A DNA stretch of 37,665 nucleotides from the IMG/VR virus record IMGVR_UViG_3300034375_010233, positions 1 to 37,665 of that record; one strand, 5' to 3'. This DNA is from a virus. Lineage: Duplodnaviria > Caudoviricetes. Both the position numbers and the translations under genes were made by a program. Shown piece after piece: positions 1 through 7,936 of this stretch (the first letter of the stretch is position 1; every line of letters begins with the position of its first letter). The notes beneath the pieces are model-generated. The model was not told where the DNA came from and searched no databases. It saw only the letters and a list, made by a program, of their open reading frames with translations.

Positions 1-127
1 CAAAGCGGCGGGTTTTTTCATTCGGCCCCAGCGGATCGGGACCAACCGCATCCAGCCTCGTCTGGAAGCTGTGCGCGCCTCTTTGGAAGCACCACTAACT
101 CGAGGCGAACCCGGTCTGCTGATCGAC
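1..127. repeat. Terminal direct repeat, copy 1 (circular assembly overlap)
   Basis: 1-127 is identical to 37539-37665. It lies inside terL and 127 is a common assembler k-mer length. Confidence 0.95.
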
Positions 128-427
128 CCGAGCTGTCGTTTCCTGATCCGTGGCTTTGCTGCCCGCTACGTCTGGACTGAAGAAATCAACAAGAGCGGCG
201 ACAAGCGCAAGGTGCCCGACAAGTCGTACACCGAAGCCAACGTGCACGATGCGCTGCAGTACCTGCTGCTGAGCGAACACAAGGCGGATGGCACAAGCCC
301 CTACGCCCACAAAATGCCCGACACCGATAAGCGCGGCCGCATGGGCCATAACGGAGGGCCGCCCCTGTCGGGGAATGACGGTGGTCTGAAAACAGGTTGG
401 GACATCACCGACCCCTACGGAGCCTAA
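2..427 (+). CDS. terL: Terminase large subunit, C-terminal part
   Basis: In frame with 36175+ through the 127-bp overlap. LLIDPSC..LIRGF...Y and ANVHDALQY match the RNase H-like nuclease C-terminus. Confidence 0.9.
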   Translation, partial: KAAGFFIRPQRIGTNRIQPRLEAVRASLEAPLTRGEPGLLIDPSCRFLIRGFAARYVWTEEINKSGDKRKVPDKSYTEANVHDALQYLLLSEHKADGTSPYAHKMPDTDKRGRMGHNGGPPLSGNDGGLKTGWDITDPYGA

Positions 428-430
428 AAC

Positions 431-943
431 ATGACGCAGATCCATTACGGAACGAAACAGATCCTCGCCACAGCAATGACCCGTCAAGCCTACAACGATT
501 ACCGTGGGTGGGCTCTGCCTGCCGATGAGAACGGGGCGGACGAGGGATATCTGGTCGAGTACGTCGACGGCGGCGCATCGAACCATCCCGATCACGCCGG
601 CTACATCAGCTGGTCACCAAAAGATGTCTTTGATCGTGCCTACAAAGCCTCAGGCAACATGAACTTTGGGCATGCGATCGAAGCGATGAAAGCGGGCGCG
701 AAGGTCGCGCGATCCGGCTGGAACGGCAAAGGCATGTGGATCGCGCTGACGCCCGGATCAGCGTTCGAGGCAAAGTTTGCCAAATGCGGCCACGCCGCTG
801 GCAAGCGTGCTGCTGAAATTCAGCCAGGTGAAGAAATCGAACTACTGCCGCACATCGATATGCGCTCGGCCGACGGATCGATGGTGATCGGCTGGCTCGC
901 CTCGCAAACCGACATGCTCGCAGACGACTGGCTGATCGTCTGA
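431..943 (+). CDS. DUF2829 (Tad2-like nucleotide-signal sponge) domain protein with an extra N-terminal domain
   Basis: C-terminal MNFGHAIEAMKAGAKVARSGWNGKGMW...GWLASQTDMLADDW is the DUF2829 signature. N-terminal ~73 aa YGTKQILA...GYLVEYVDG...YISWSPKDVFDRAY is a separate module. Confidence 0.8.
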   Translation: MTQIHYGTKQILATAMTRQAYNDYRGWALPADENGADEGYLVEYVDGGASNHPDHAGYISWSPKDVFDRAYKASGNMNFGHAIEAMKAGAKVARSGWNGKGMWIALTPGSAFEAKFAKCGHAAGKRAAEIQPGEEIELLPHIDMRSADGSMVIGWLASQTDMLADDWLIV

Positions 944-985
944 CATCCCAACCACATCCCTGAACCCAACTGAAAGGAAACTACT

Positions 986-1447
986 GTGACTGATAAAACC
1001 AAATCGAGCGTCAAGGATGACGCGAACAAAGATACCCTGAAGCCAAAGGAAGCTGCTGGAACAGACCAGGCTAATGTCCAAGCAGCGGGCGATAACAAAA
1101 CATCGCAGCCTGCCAAAGACGTCGATGAAAAAGGAGCGATCGAGACCGGTACCGGCGAAAACACCCCAACTGAAGAAGGTGACACCGTAGACGCTTCCCC
1201 TGTGACAGCCCTCGACGCCGTTAAGGTCAAGGAACTGATCGATCAGATCGAAAACGCGGGTGGGCAATCGGTGATGGATCTCGCACATCGCCTTATGCAG
1301 GAGGAAGGGCTGAAACCCGTCGAAGGTGAAGCGGGTGCCAAATTGGTCACAATGGCGGGCGTTCGGTGTCGTGCCACGGATAATCCCGGCGCTACGTTGC
1401 AAAACTGGTGCAATGCCGCCCGTCGCGCTTTGCTGAAAGCTGCCTAG
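986..1447 (+). CDS. Hypothetical protein with an acidic, disordered N-terminal half
   Basis: AAAGGA RBS before GTG; packed in the operon. Confidence 0.7.
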   Translation: MTDKTKSSVKDDANKDTLKPKEAAGTDQANVQAAGDNKTSQPAKDVDEKGAIETGTGENTPTEEGDTVDASPVTALDAVKVKELIDQIENAGGQSVMDLAHRLMQEEGLKPVEGEAGAKLVTMAGVRCRATDNPGATLQNWCNAARRALLKAA

Positions 1448-1449
1448 CA

Positions 1450-1995
1450 ATGGCGCAACTACCACCCGTGCTGGCCAAACCATACAACGATCACGCAGCG
1501 ATGGCTGTGCTTTCACGGCTTGATCCTAGCGATCAGGCTGAAGCCGACCACGCGCGTGGTGAACGATCGTCACATTTGCAGCTGTTTGCGGACTGGCGTG
1601 CTGTGGAGCCCGCACGGGTGGTATCGCTGGTGCTCTGTGCCGGCTCTGAAGCAGCCCCGATCCCGTTCGCGGTTCTGGGGCTGTCGAATACCGGTCAGGC
1701 AGGTGTGGCATCTGCTGCGTTGCTTGCCCGTGATCATTCCAAATTCAAGCGCCACCTGATGGCGACTTGCCTTCTGATCCGCGACCGCATGCCGCCGTTC
1801 TGCGTCGAGCACGGGATCCATCGCATCGAGGCGCGCACATGGGGGGGGCACCCCCGCGCCGGCCTGTTTTTGCGTAGCTGCGGTTTTGCCTTTGAAACTG
1901 ATTTGCACGGCTACGGCCGTGAGGGTCGCACCGTCTTTCGTCAATTCGCCTGGATCAATCCAAATTTAGAACAGGACAACAGCCATGTGCATTAG
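1450..1995 (+). CDS. GNAT-family acetyltransferase-like phage protein
   Basis: HRIEARTWGGHPRAGLFLRSCGFAFE resembles the GNAT C-terminal motif. ATG 1450 follows the upstream stop. Confidence 0.65.
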   Translation: MAQLPPVLAKPYNDHAAMAVLSRLDPSDQAEADHARGERSSHLQLFADWRAVEPARVVSLVLCAGSEAAPIPFAVLGLSNTGQAGVASAALLARDHSKFKRHLMATCLLIRDRMPPFCVEHGIHRIEARTWGGHPRAGLFLRSCGFAFETDLHGYGREGRTVFRQFAWINPNLEQDNSHVH

Positions 1996-2173
1996 CCAAC
2001 CCAAAATGCCTTCGATCGCGGCGCCTAAGATCGCTGCATCAGATAATCGCGAGGCCAATCAGCAAGGTGACATCGAGGCACGCTTGCGCAAACGTCGGGC
2101 CGGTGCCGCTGCCAACGTACTGACCAGTGCGATCGGGATCCCGTCAACGGGAAAACTGGGGCAATCAGCATGA
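1985..2173 (+). CDS. Small virion/ejection protein (T7 gp6.7-like position and MC...PK start)
   Basis: MCISQPKMPS start, AGGA RBS, immediately upstream of portal with ATGA overlap. Confidence 0.6.
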   Translation: MCISQPKMPSIAAPKIAASDNREANQQGDIEARLRKRRAGAAANVLTSAIGIPSTGKLGQSA

Positions 2174-3810
2174 AACAGGATGCCGTTATCGAGAACGATC
2201 CGCGTGCGATCGAGGCAATGCGCCGCTGGGACGAGCTCAAGACCCGGCGGACATCATTTGAGCAAGACTGGGAGGATATCGCTGCCCTTATGCGGCCTCA
2301 GCGTGGTGGGTTTGGGCTTTATGATCACAAACGCCGCGATCAAGTGAAGCCGCTGTCCAGTGACCCGAGCCTCGCACTCGGCAGCTTTGCTGCCGGCATA
2401 TATTCCAGCTTGACGAACCCGGCCAATCGCTGGGGCGGGTTCGAAACGCCGGACGAGGATCTGAACAAGTGGAGGCCCATGGCAGAGTGGAACGATCATG
2501 TCACCAACCGCGTGCTCGCCAGCTTCAGCCCGGCAGTTTCGGGGTTCTACGGTGCCACATTCCAGGCCTATTCGGACCTGGCAGGCTTCGGCAACGCAGC
2601 TGGCTACGATCAGATCGACACAAAGAACCGCAAGTTCATCGATGTCACCATGTCACTGGCAGAAGTTGTCGTTGATATCGATGCGCACGGCCGTGTGGTC
2701 GAAATGGTGCGCAAGTTCACCTTAAAACCTCGCGCCGCTGTCCGTGAATATGGCGAGACGTCCTTGCCGAAAAAGATCGTGGATCTGGCCACTGATGGCA
2801 AAAGCGATGACCTGGTGTTTTTCTACCACGTCGTCGTCAATGATCAGTTCGTTAAGGGCAAGCTTGGGCCGCGTGGTAAGCCTTGGCTGGCAGTTACAGC
2901 GTGTCAGCTTGAACGTGCGCTGGTCAAAATGGGCGGGCATGATGACATGCCTGTTTATTATCCCCGTTGGGATGTCGACAGCGGTATGACCTATGGTACC
3001 GGGCCGGGAATGATCGCCCTGCCGTCAGCACGTACCCATAACCTGATGGACGCGGCGACAATCCGCGCGGCCCAACATGCGGCGGATCCCACGAAGCTGG
3101 CGCCAGACCGGCAGGCTGTTCCCCTTAATGGCACCTTCCGCCCAGGTTCAGTGGTCTACGGCGGCGTCGATATGCGTGGCAATACCATGATCCGGAACAT
3201 GGAACACGCCACCAATATCGGGCTCACGATGGAAGAAAAACGCGCCAAAAGCGAAGCGGTCAAAGAGGCGTTTCACTATTCGGTCATGTCGCTGGCGGGC
3301 CGCACCGGGGTCACCGAGGAAGAGACGCGCATTCAGGAAGAAGCGCGTTTGCGCAACTGGGCCCCGCATGCTGATCGGATCATGGAAGAGTACGCGGCGC
3401 GTAAGTTTGAACGTCGGTTTCGCCTGCTGTGGCGTGCAGGACAGTTGCGGCCACCGCCCCCTGAGGCCGCAGGCCAGCCCTTAAGGGTCCGGTACCAGTC
3501 CTCGGCCGCGATGGCGATGCGCGCGCGCGAAGGCGCGGCGGTGCGCCAGTTTATCGGTGATATGGGGCCGCTCGCCCAGATGAACCCGCGCTATCTGGAC
3601 CGTCTGGACCCCGACGCGATCGCCGAGGCACTTCATGACGCCAGCCCATCCCTGCCTGCACGTATTTTGCGGTCACGCGATGACGCGGACGAGCTGGCCC
3701 GAGCACGTGCCGAGCAGGAAGCGCAGGCAAAACAAATGCAGATGATGGAACAGGCGGGGGGCGTCGCGAAGGATCTGGGTATCACGCTGGATGCGGGGGG
3801 CATGCAATGA
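2170..3810 (+). CDS. Portal (head-tail connector) protein, podovirus type
   Basis: 546 aa; LTNPANRW, DLAGFGNA, PRW...YGTGPGMIALP motifs; Q/M-rich C-terminus. Confidence 0.92.
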   Translation: MKQDAVIENDPRAIEAMRRWDELKTRRTSFEQDWEDIAALMRPQRGGFGLYDHKRRDQVKPLSSDPSLALGSFAAGIYSSLTNPANRWGGFETPDEDLNKWRPMAEWNDHVTNRVLASFSPAVSGFYGATFQAYSDLAGFGNAAGYDQIDTKNRKFIDVTMSLAEVVVDIDAHGRVVEMVRKFTLKPRAAVREYGETSLPKKIVDLATDGKSDDLVFFYHVVVNDQFVKGKLGPRGKPWLAVTACQLERALVKMGGHDDMPVYYPRWDVDSGMTYGTGPGMIALPSARTHNLMDAATIRAAQHAADPTKLAPDRQAVPLNGTFRPGSVVYGGVDMRGNTMIRNMEHATNIGLTMEEKRAKSEAVKEAFHYSVMSLAGRTGVTEEETRIQEEARLRNWAPHADRIMEEYAARKFERRFRLLWRAGQLRPPPPEAAGQPLRVRYQSSAAMAMRAREGAAVRQFIGDMGPLAQMNPRYLDRLDPDAIAEALHDASPSLPARILRSRDDADELARARAEQEAQAKQMQMMEQAGGVAKDLGITLDAGGMQ

Positions 3811-4151
3811 TCTGGGATCGTCTTTCCATTATTCGCAGCTTTTTCGGCCAGGGCGAAGCCGGCACACCCCAAGCGATCGCTCAAGACGGAGCGGCTGCAG
3901 AGGTCGCGGCACGGTGGCAAAAAGCCTTTAACCGGGATCCACAGCTTGCCGAGGATCTGATCCGGCAATCGGGACTGCTGAACCTGCAGCCGATCGACAT
4001 GATCGAAGGCTACCCCCAGCCGGCCTCGATCGACCCGCAGCGACTGGCCTATGAAGCTGGCCGGCGTGACCTAGCCCTGCTGATCCTGTCGCAGGGGCAT
4101 ATTTCCCACCTTGAACTGAACCAACTTATGGAGAGCTTGGATGTACGTTAA
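3807..4151 (+). CDS. Small conserved protein between portal and scaffold
   Basis: LAYEAGRRDLAL motif typical of this position in BPP-1-like podoviruses; ATGA overlap. Confidence 0.65.
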   Translation: MIWDRLSIIRSFFGQGEAGTPQAIAQDGAAAEVAARWQKAFNRDPQLAEDLIRQSGLLNLQPIDMIEGYPQPASIDPQRLAYEAGRRDLALLILSQGHISHLELNQLMESLDVR

Positions 4152-5169
4152 ATTTTTTCTCAAACCGCTGGTATGTTACGCACCAACTGACGGAGCCGCT
4201 GGCGCTGGCGCTGGCGGTGCTGCCGCGGCCGGAGCTGAAGGCGCTGATACCGTGACGGGCAACGCCGGGGCCGACACGATTGACGGCGGTGCCGGTGCTG
4301 ACACGGTTGCCGCTGGTAATGGGGCCGATACAATCGCATCTGGGGCTGCCAAGTGGTGGGAAGATGCAAAATTCAATGACCATCGCGACCTGCTGGTCTC
4401 CAAAGGCCTGACCCTCGACGATAAGGACGAGGTGATCGCCCGCCTTGCCAAAGGCGAGAAGGCCGCGCAGATGAAGCTGGGCAAACCAGCTGACCAGCTG
4501 CTGTCCAAGCCCGGCAAGGGGGAAAGCGTTGCTGACTGGCTGAAGGCGAACGGATCGACCTTCGGTATCCCCGAGAGCGCCGACAAATACGACGTCCAGC
4601 GCCCGGAAAGCTGGCCGAAGGACGCGCCCTGGAATGATGCCCTCGAAGGCAAGGTGCGTGAAATTGGGCTTGCCAGCGGCATGTCAAACGATGCGGTCAA
4701 CGCTATGGTCGGGCTATATGCCGAGAACATCATGGCCTTGGATAAGCAGGCGGCAGACGACTTTGAAAAGGGCAGCGCTGAAATGATGGCCGCGCTGGAA
4801 AAGGATTGGGGCGATCAGACCCAAGCCAAGCTGACCCTTGCCAGCCAGGCGGCGTCGGTCATCGCTGAGAAGGCGGGACTGGACGCGACAGCGATGGAAA
4901 ACCTTGCCGCATCCCTCAAGCCCAAGATCGGCGACGCGGGCACGATGCGTGTCTTTGCCGCGATCGGCGAGATGATGGGCGATGACCAGATGGTCATGGG
5001 CGATGGTAGTGTCAGCTTAAACACGACCCCTGCAGAAGCCCGCGCAAAACTGAGCCAGCTTCAAAGCAAAGGCGGCGAATGGTATGAAGCGACATCTAAG
5101 AAAGACCAGCAGGCCATTGCGCGTCTGAAGCCTGAGGTCGAGCGGCTGACCAAGATCGCTGCCGGATAA
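4141..5169 (+). CDS. Capsid assembly scaffolding protein
   Basis: GGAG RBS; G/A-rich N-terminus; GIPESADKYD and LEKDWG motifs; position between portal and capsid. Confidence 0.8.
   Translation: MYVKFFLKPLVCYAPTDGAAGAGAGGAAAAGAEGADTVTGNAGADTIDGGAGADTVAAGNGADTIASGAAKWWEDAKFNDHRDLLVSKGLTLDDKDEVIARLAKGEKAAQMKLGKPADQLLSKPGKGESVADWLKANGSTFGIPESADKYDVQRPESWPKDAPWNDALEGKVREIGLASGMSNDAVNAMVGLYAENIMALDKQAADDFEKGSAEMMAALEKDWGDQTQAKLTLASQAASVIAEKAGLDATAMENLAASLKPKIGDAGTMRVFAAIGEMMGDDQMVMGDGSVSLNTTPAEARAKLSQLQSKGGEWYEATSKKDQQAIARLKPEVERLTKIAAG
4240..4347 (+). repeat. Four degenerate 27-bp tandem repeats encoding GADT-[VI]-x4 nonapeptides
   Basis: GADTVTGNA GADTIDGGA GADTVAAGN GADTIASGA. Confidence 0.85.
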
Positions 5170-5186
5170 ATTGGCAATCCAAAATA

Positions 5187-5208
5187 GGGCGGGGTGTCGG
5201 CCCCGTCC
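5187..5208 (+). terminator. GC-rich hairpin after the scaffold gene
   Basis: GGGCGGGGT-gtcg-GCCCCGTCC; no U-tract on +, a short one on -. Confidence 0.45.
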
Positions 5209-5519
5209 GATGGAAAAAGGTGGTGGATATAACACGATAGGTTGCGCTCAAAGCGCTGTATGGCAACGCACGTAGCGTTCTATATAGAGATGCTTCGGCC
5301 GAGCATCGTCAAGGTCGTCAGGTTTGGTGGCGATCTAAACAAGTCTACTAATACAGCAACCGCCACACGTCGCGCTAGTTTGGCAACAGCTACGACCGTC
5401 TTGGGACAAGCCAAATCAATACGTGCTTTAAATGTTCTTGCTTGCCTACAAGCTTTTATTGCTTCGGCGGGGTTCTGAAACGACTCCACATTCCGCTTGA
5501 ACCGTAGCAAAGTGAGTGA

Positions 5520-6137
5520 ATGAACATAATTTTGCAACGCGCTTTTCGTGACACTTACCGTTCCCTCGGCGGTTTTGGTTTGGTGGCTACAATCTTGGCA
5601 GTACCAGTTGTAGGGTTTTGCTTACACTGGATCATTCAGGGTCGGCTAGCTATGGTGCCCGAATTCCAAGTTTGGCTTATCTATGGCGTTGCTGCTACAG
5701 GCGTTGTCTTCACAGTGTTGTTTCTTTGGAACTTGGTTTGCACTCCATTTCGGATGCGGAATGAAGAGTTTCTACTAGAAGTCGCTAAGAACGAAGCTCT
5801 GAGATTAGAGGTCGCTGAACTTGAGGAACTGATAAACCAGTCCTCGTCCCCAAAAAACGTGATCAGATCGAACCTAGCGGCTATCAATCCCAACATTCTC
5901 GCGGCGATCGACGAAGGCCAAGTTGATATTTATGTCGTAGCAGAGGAATCGAAATTTGCTGATGTGAATAGGGCTGCCGACACACCGGACGGCAGACAGC
6001 TTTTAACGTTGTCAGTTCACGGAATGGATATGGGTATCGATAACAGAATGCGCTCTGGCACACCCATAACGGATTCCATTGAGATTGGGACAAAAATTCA
6101 CTTCACTGTAAACCCGAGACCCTCTTTAAGAGCCTGA
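5520..6137 (+). CDS. Moron-like membrane protein (2 TM helices, coiled coil, soluble domain)
   Basis: Two hydrophobic segments, heptad EVAKNEALRLEVAELEELI; visibly AT-richer than the flanks; interrupts the scaffold-capsid pair. Confidence 0.75.
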   Translation: MNIILQRAFRDTYRSLGGFGLVATILAVPVVGFCLHWIIQGRLAMVPEFQVWLIYGVAATGVVFTVLFLWNLVCTPFRMRNEEFLLEVAKNEALRLEVAELEELINQSSSPKNVIRSNLAAINPNILAAIDEGQVDIYVVAEESKFADVNRAADTPDGRQLLTLSVHGMDMGIDNRMRSGTPITDSIEIGTKIHFTVNPRPSLRA

Positions 6138-6210
6138 TCTATTTGGACCCCTCTTTTTTCCTTAACTGAACTAGGAAAAGAGCTAAGCACACCAGGTCTG
6201 GCGTTTTTTC

Positions 6211-6240
6211 TTGACAGACATCCAAATATCGCGATGACAT
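6211..6240 (+). promoter_or_regulatory. Putative sigma70 promoter for the capsid operon
   Basis: Perfect TTGACA at 6211-6216 after a T-tract; weak -10 (TGACAT 6235-6240). Confidence 0.5.
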
Positions 6241-6248
6241 CTATGTAC

Positions 6249-6349
6249 GACGGGTGCCATCGCGATGCGATGTCCGTCTGATCAGGGACAAGCCCCTGCG
6301 CCCATGCAGCGATAAGCACAGGTCTGGTCCGGCTCCGCCCGGGTGCCCA
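6249..6349 (+). ncRNA. Putative structured 5' leader RNA of the capsid mRNA
   Basis: Three hairpins; two share a CGGG-UGC(bulge)-C / G-UCCG motif. Confidence 0.5.
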
Positions 6350-6396
6350 CTCCGAAATCTCACCAAGTAACGTTGATTTTTCGCAGGAGAGGGCAC

Positions 6397-7344
6397 ATGT
6401 CCTACGCGCAGCTGGTGGAAGCCCACCACAAACTTTCATACTCGAATAACGTCAAGATGGTCGCTCAGCAGGTTCAGAACCCGTTGCGCAATGCCGTGAC
6501 GATGGTCCCAGCCACAGGCGAGGCGCAAGACGCCGCGGACCTGCTGGGCAAGAAAGACTACATCGAGGGCGAGGATTATTCCCGCCGCAACCCAGACAAT
6601 CCGACGCTCCGCAGCCGCCGTTGGTTGGTCCGCCCGAACGTGATCGAAGATGGCGAATACGTTGACAAGGAAACCAAGTTCGATGCGGCAATGGACCCGA
6701 CATCCGCGCTGGTGCGCAACTCGGTCATGGCCGTTGAGCGTGGTGTCTTTGATCGCATCCTGGGCATTCGCAAAACCAGCTCGGGCTTTGTCGCCTCGGG
6801 CGGCGGCATCATGGGCCGCGCGATCGAAGGCAAGCGTCCTGGTGGTGCGCCGATCCCGTTGCCCGGTGCAAACTACATCGCCGCTGACCTGGGCACACCC
6901 GGCACGGCATATGGCTTGGGACTGTCCAAGATCCGCGCAGCTTGCGAAGCGATGGAGCTGGAAGACTTCGGCCTTGAGACTGACGACGAGATCTACGGTC
7001 TGATCACACCCAAGCAAAAAACCGACCTGATCAATCTGGCGGTCGAAACGGGCAAGAACCTCAACCCCTTCGAGGTGGACAATATCCGCAACGGTAAACC
7101 CGGCATGTTGCTGGGGGTGAACTGGTTGTTCTCCAACCGTGTGCCCAAAAACAGCAGCGGGCAGCGCCTGATCCCCATCTGGTCCAAGGCGAACGTTGCC
7201 GCGGGCGTCTGGCAGGATGTTGAAGGCGACATGTGGAATGATACTTCGGCAAAAAACATGCCGTACATCTACACCGACGCCTACATCGATGCCGTCCGCA
7301 TCGAAGACGTTGGTGTTCGCATCATCCCCTGCGCCGAAGACTGA
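6397..7344 (+). CDS. Major capsid protein
   Basis: AGGAGAGGG RBS before ATG 6397. YSNNVKMVAQQ, SRRWL, DPTSALVR, ITPKQKTDL, GMLLGVNWLFSNRVP and AVRIEDVGV fit BPP-1-type capsids. Confidence 0.9.
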   Translation: MSYAQLVEAHHKLSYSNNVKMVAQQVQNPLRNAVTMVPATGEAQDAADLLGKKDYIEGEDYSRRNPDNPTLRSRRWLVRPNVIEDGEYVDKETKFDAAMDPTSALVRNSVMAVERGVFDRILGIRKTSSGFVASGGGIMGRAIEGKRPGGAPIPLPGANYIAADLGTPGTAYGLGLSKIRAACEAMELEDFGLETDDEIYGLITPKQKTDLINLAVETGKNLNPFEVDNIRNGKPGMLLGVNWLFSNRVPKNSSGQRLIPIWSKANVAAGVWQDVEGDMWNDTSAKNMPYIYTDAYIDAVRIEDVGVRIIPCAED

Positions 7345-7357
7345 TCCCGATCCTATC

Positions 7358-7381
7358 CGGGGCAGGCTCGCTGCCCCGTTG
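7358..7381 (+). terminator. Hairpin after the capsid gene
   Basis: CGGGGCAG-gctcg-CTGCCCCG-ttt. Confidence 0.55.
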
Positions 7382-7412
7382 ATCCCCGAAATTTGAAATA
7401 AGGAAATGAGAC

Positions 7413-7871
7413 ATGCCCTTGAAAAATGGCTCCTCTGATCTGATCCATGATTTCTATGACATGGATGACTATCCCGCAGATCCCGCCCAGGCACGCGGGC
7501 GGCTGATCATCGCAACGGGTACACTCACCAACGCGGCAGATGACAGCACCGGGTCGAAATATCATCTGGTTGATCTGCCATCGAGCTGCATCCTGCACTT
7601 CGACACATTCTTCGATGTCGCAGCTGATGGCTTTGCGCAAATCGTGATTGGCACCGAAACCGACACCGATGCACTGGTCGATGTCTTGAAGTCCGCTGGC
7701 AACCTGCACAGCCCGATCGCGAAAGGTGATGCGAACCATGGCAAGCGCCTTTGGGAAGTTCTGGGGCTGGCAAAAGACCCAGGCGGCAATATCGGCCTTT
7801 GGAAGCACGCCGAAGCTGACGCCGTCGCAGCCGGCAATATGCCGTTCCAGATCCACTACATCACCGCCTGA
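7413..7871 (+). CDS. Putative capsid decoration/cement protein
   Basis: AAGGA RBS; 152 aa, beta-rich; directly after the capsid gene. Confidence 0.6.
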   Translation: MPLKNGSSDLIHDFYDMDDYPADPAQARGRLIIATGTLTNAADDSTGSKYHLVDLPSSCILHFDTFFDVAADGFAQIVIGTETDTDALVDVLKSAGNLHSPIAKGDANHGKRLWEVLGLAKDPGGNIGLWKHAEADAVAAGNMPFQIHYITA

Positions 7872-7890
7872 TCCGGACCGTGTGACATTC

Positions 7891-7921
7891 GGCGGGGCAG
7901 TGATGATTGCCCCGCCCGTTT
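7891..7921 (+). terminator. Intrinsic terminator-like hairpin
   Basis: GGCGGGGCAGT-gatg-ATTGCCCCGCC-cgttt. Confidence 0.6.
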
Positions 7922-7936
7922 CCCAAAGAGGCACTC

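Noticed and set aside
1-127. 127-bp terminal repeat as a biological DTR
   Set aside because: It falls mid-terL and equals a standard assembly k-mer. It shows circularity or permutation, not the physical ends.
5461-5492. tmRNA/tRNA-like 3' end (GGGGTTCTGAAACGACTCCAC)
   Set aside because: No proper T-arm pairing, CCA end or matching acceptor strand.
7251-7257. A-AAA-AAC slippery heptamer near the capsid 3' end (T7 10A/10B-like frameshift)
   Set aside because: The -1 frame stops at 7380-7382 before reaching the next gene and would replace the conserved capsid C-terminus.
6436-7494. Long antisense ORFs (6436..7494, 20803..21711, 11921..12706, 25331..26068 and similar)
   Set aside because: Shadow frames of real GC-rich genes, with no RBS or recognisable motifs.
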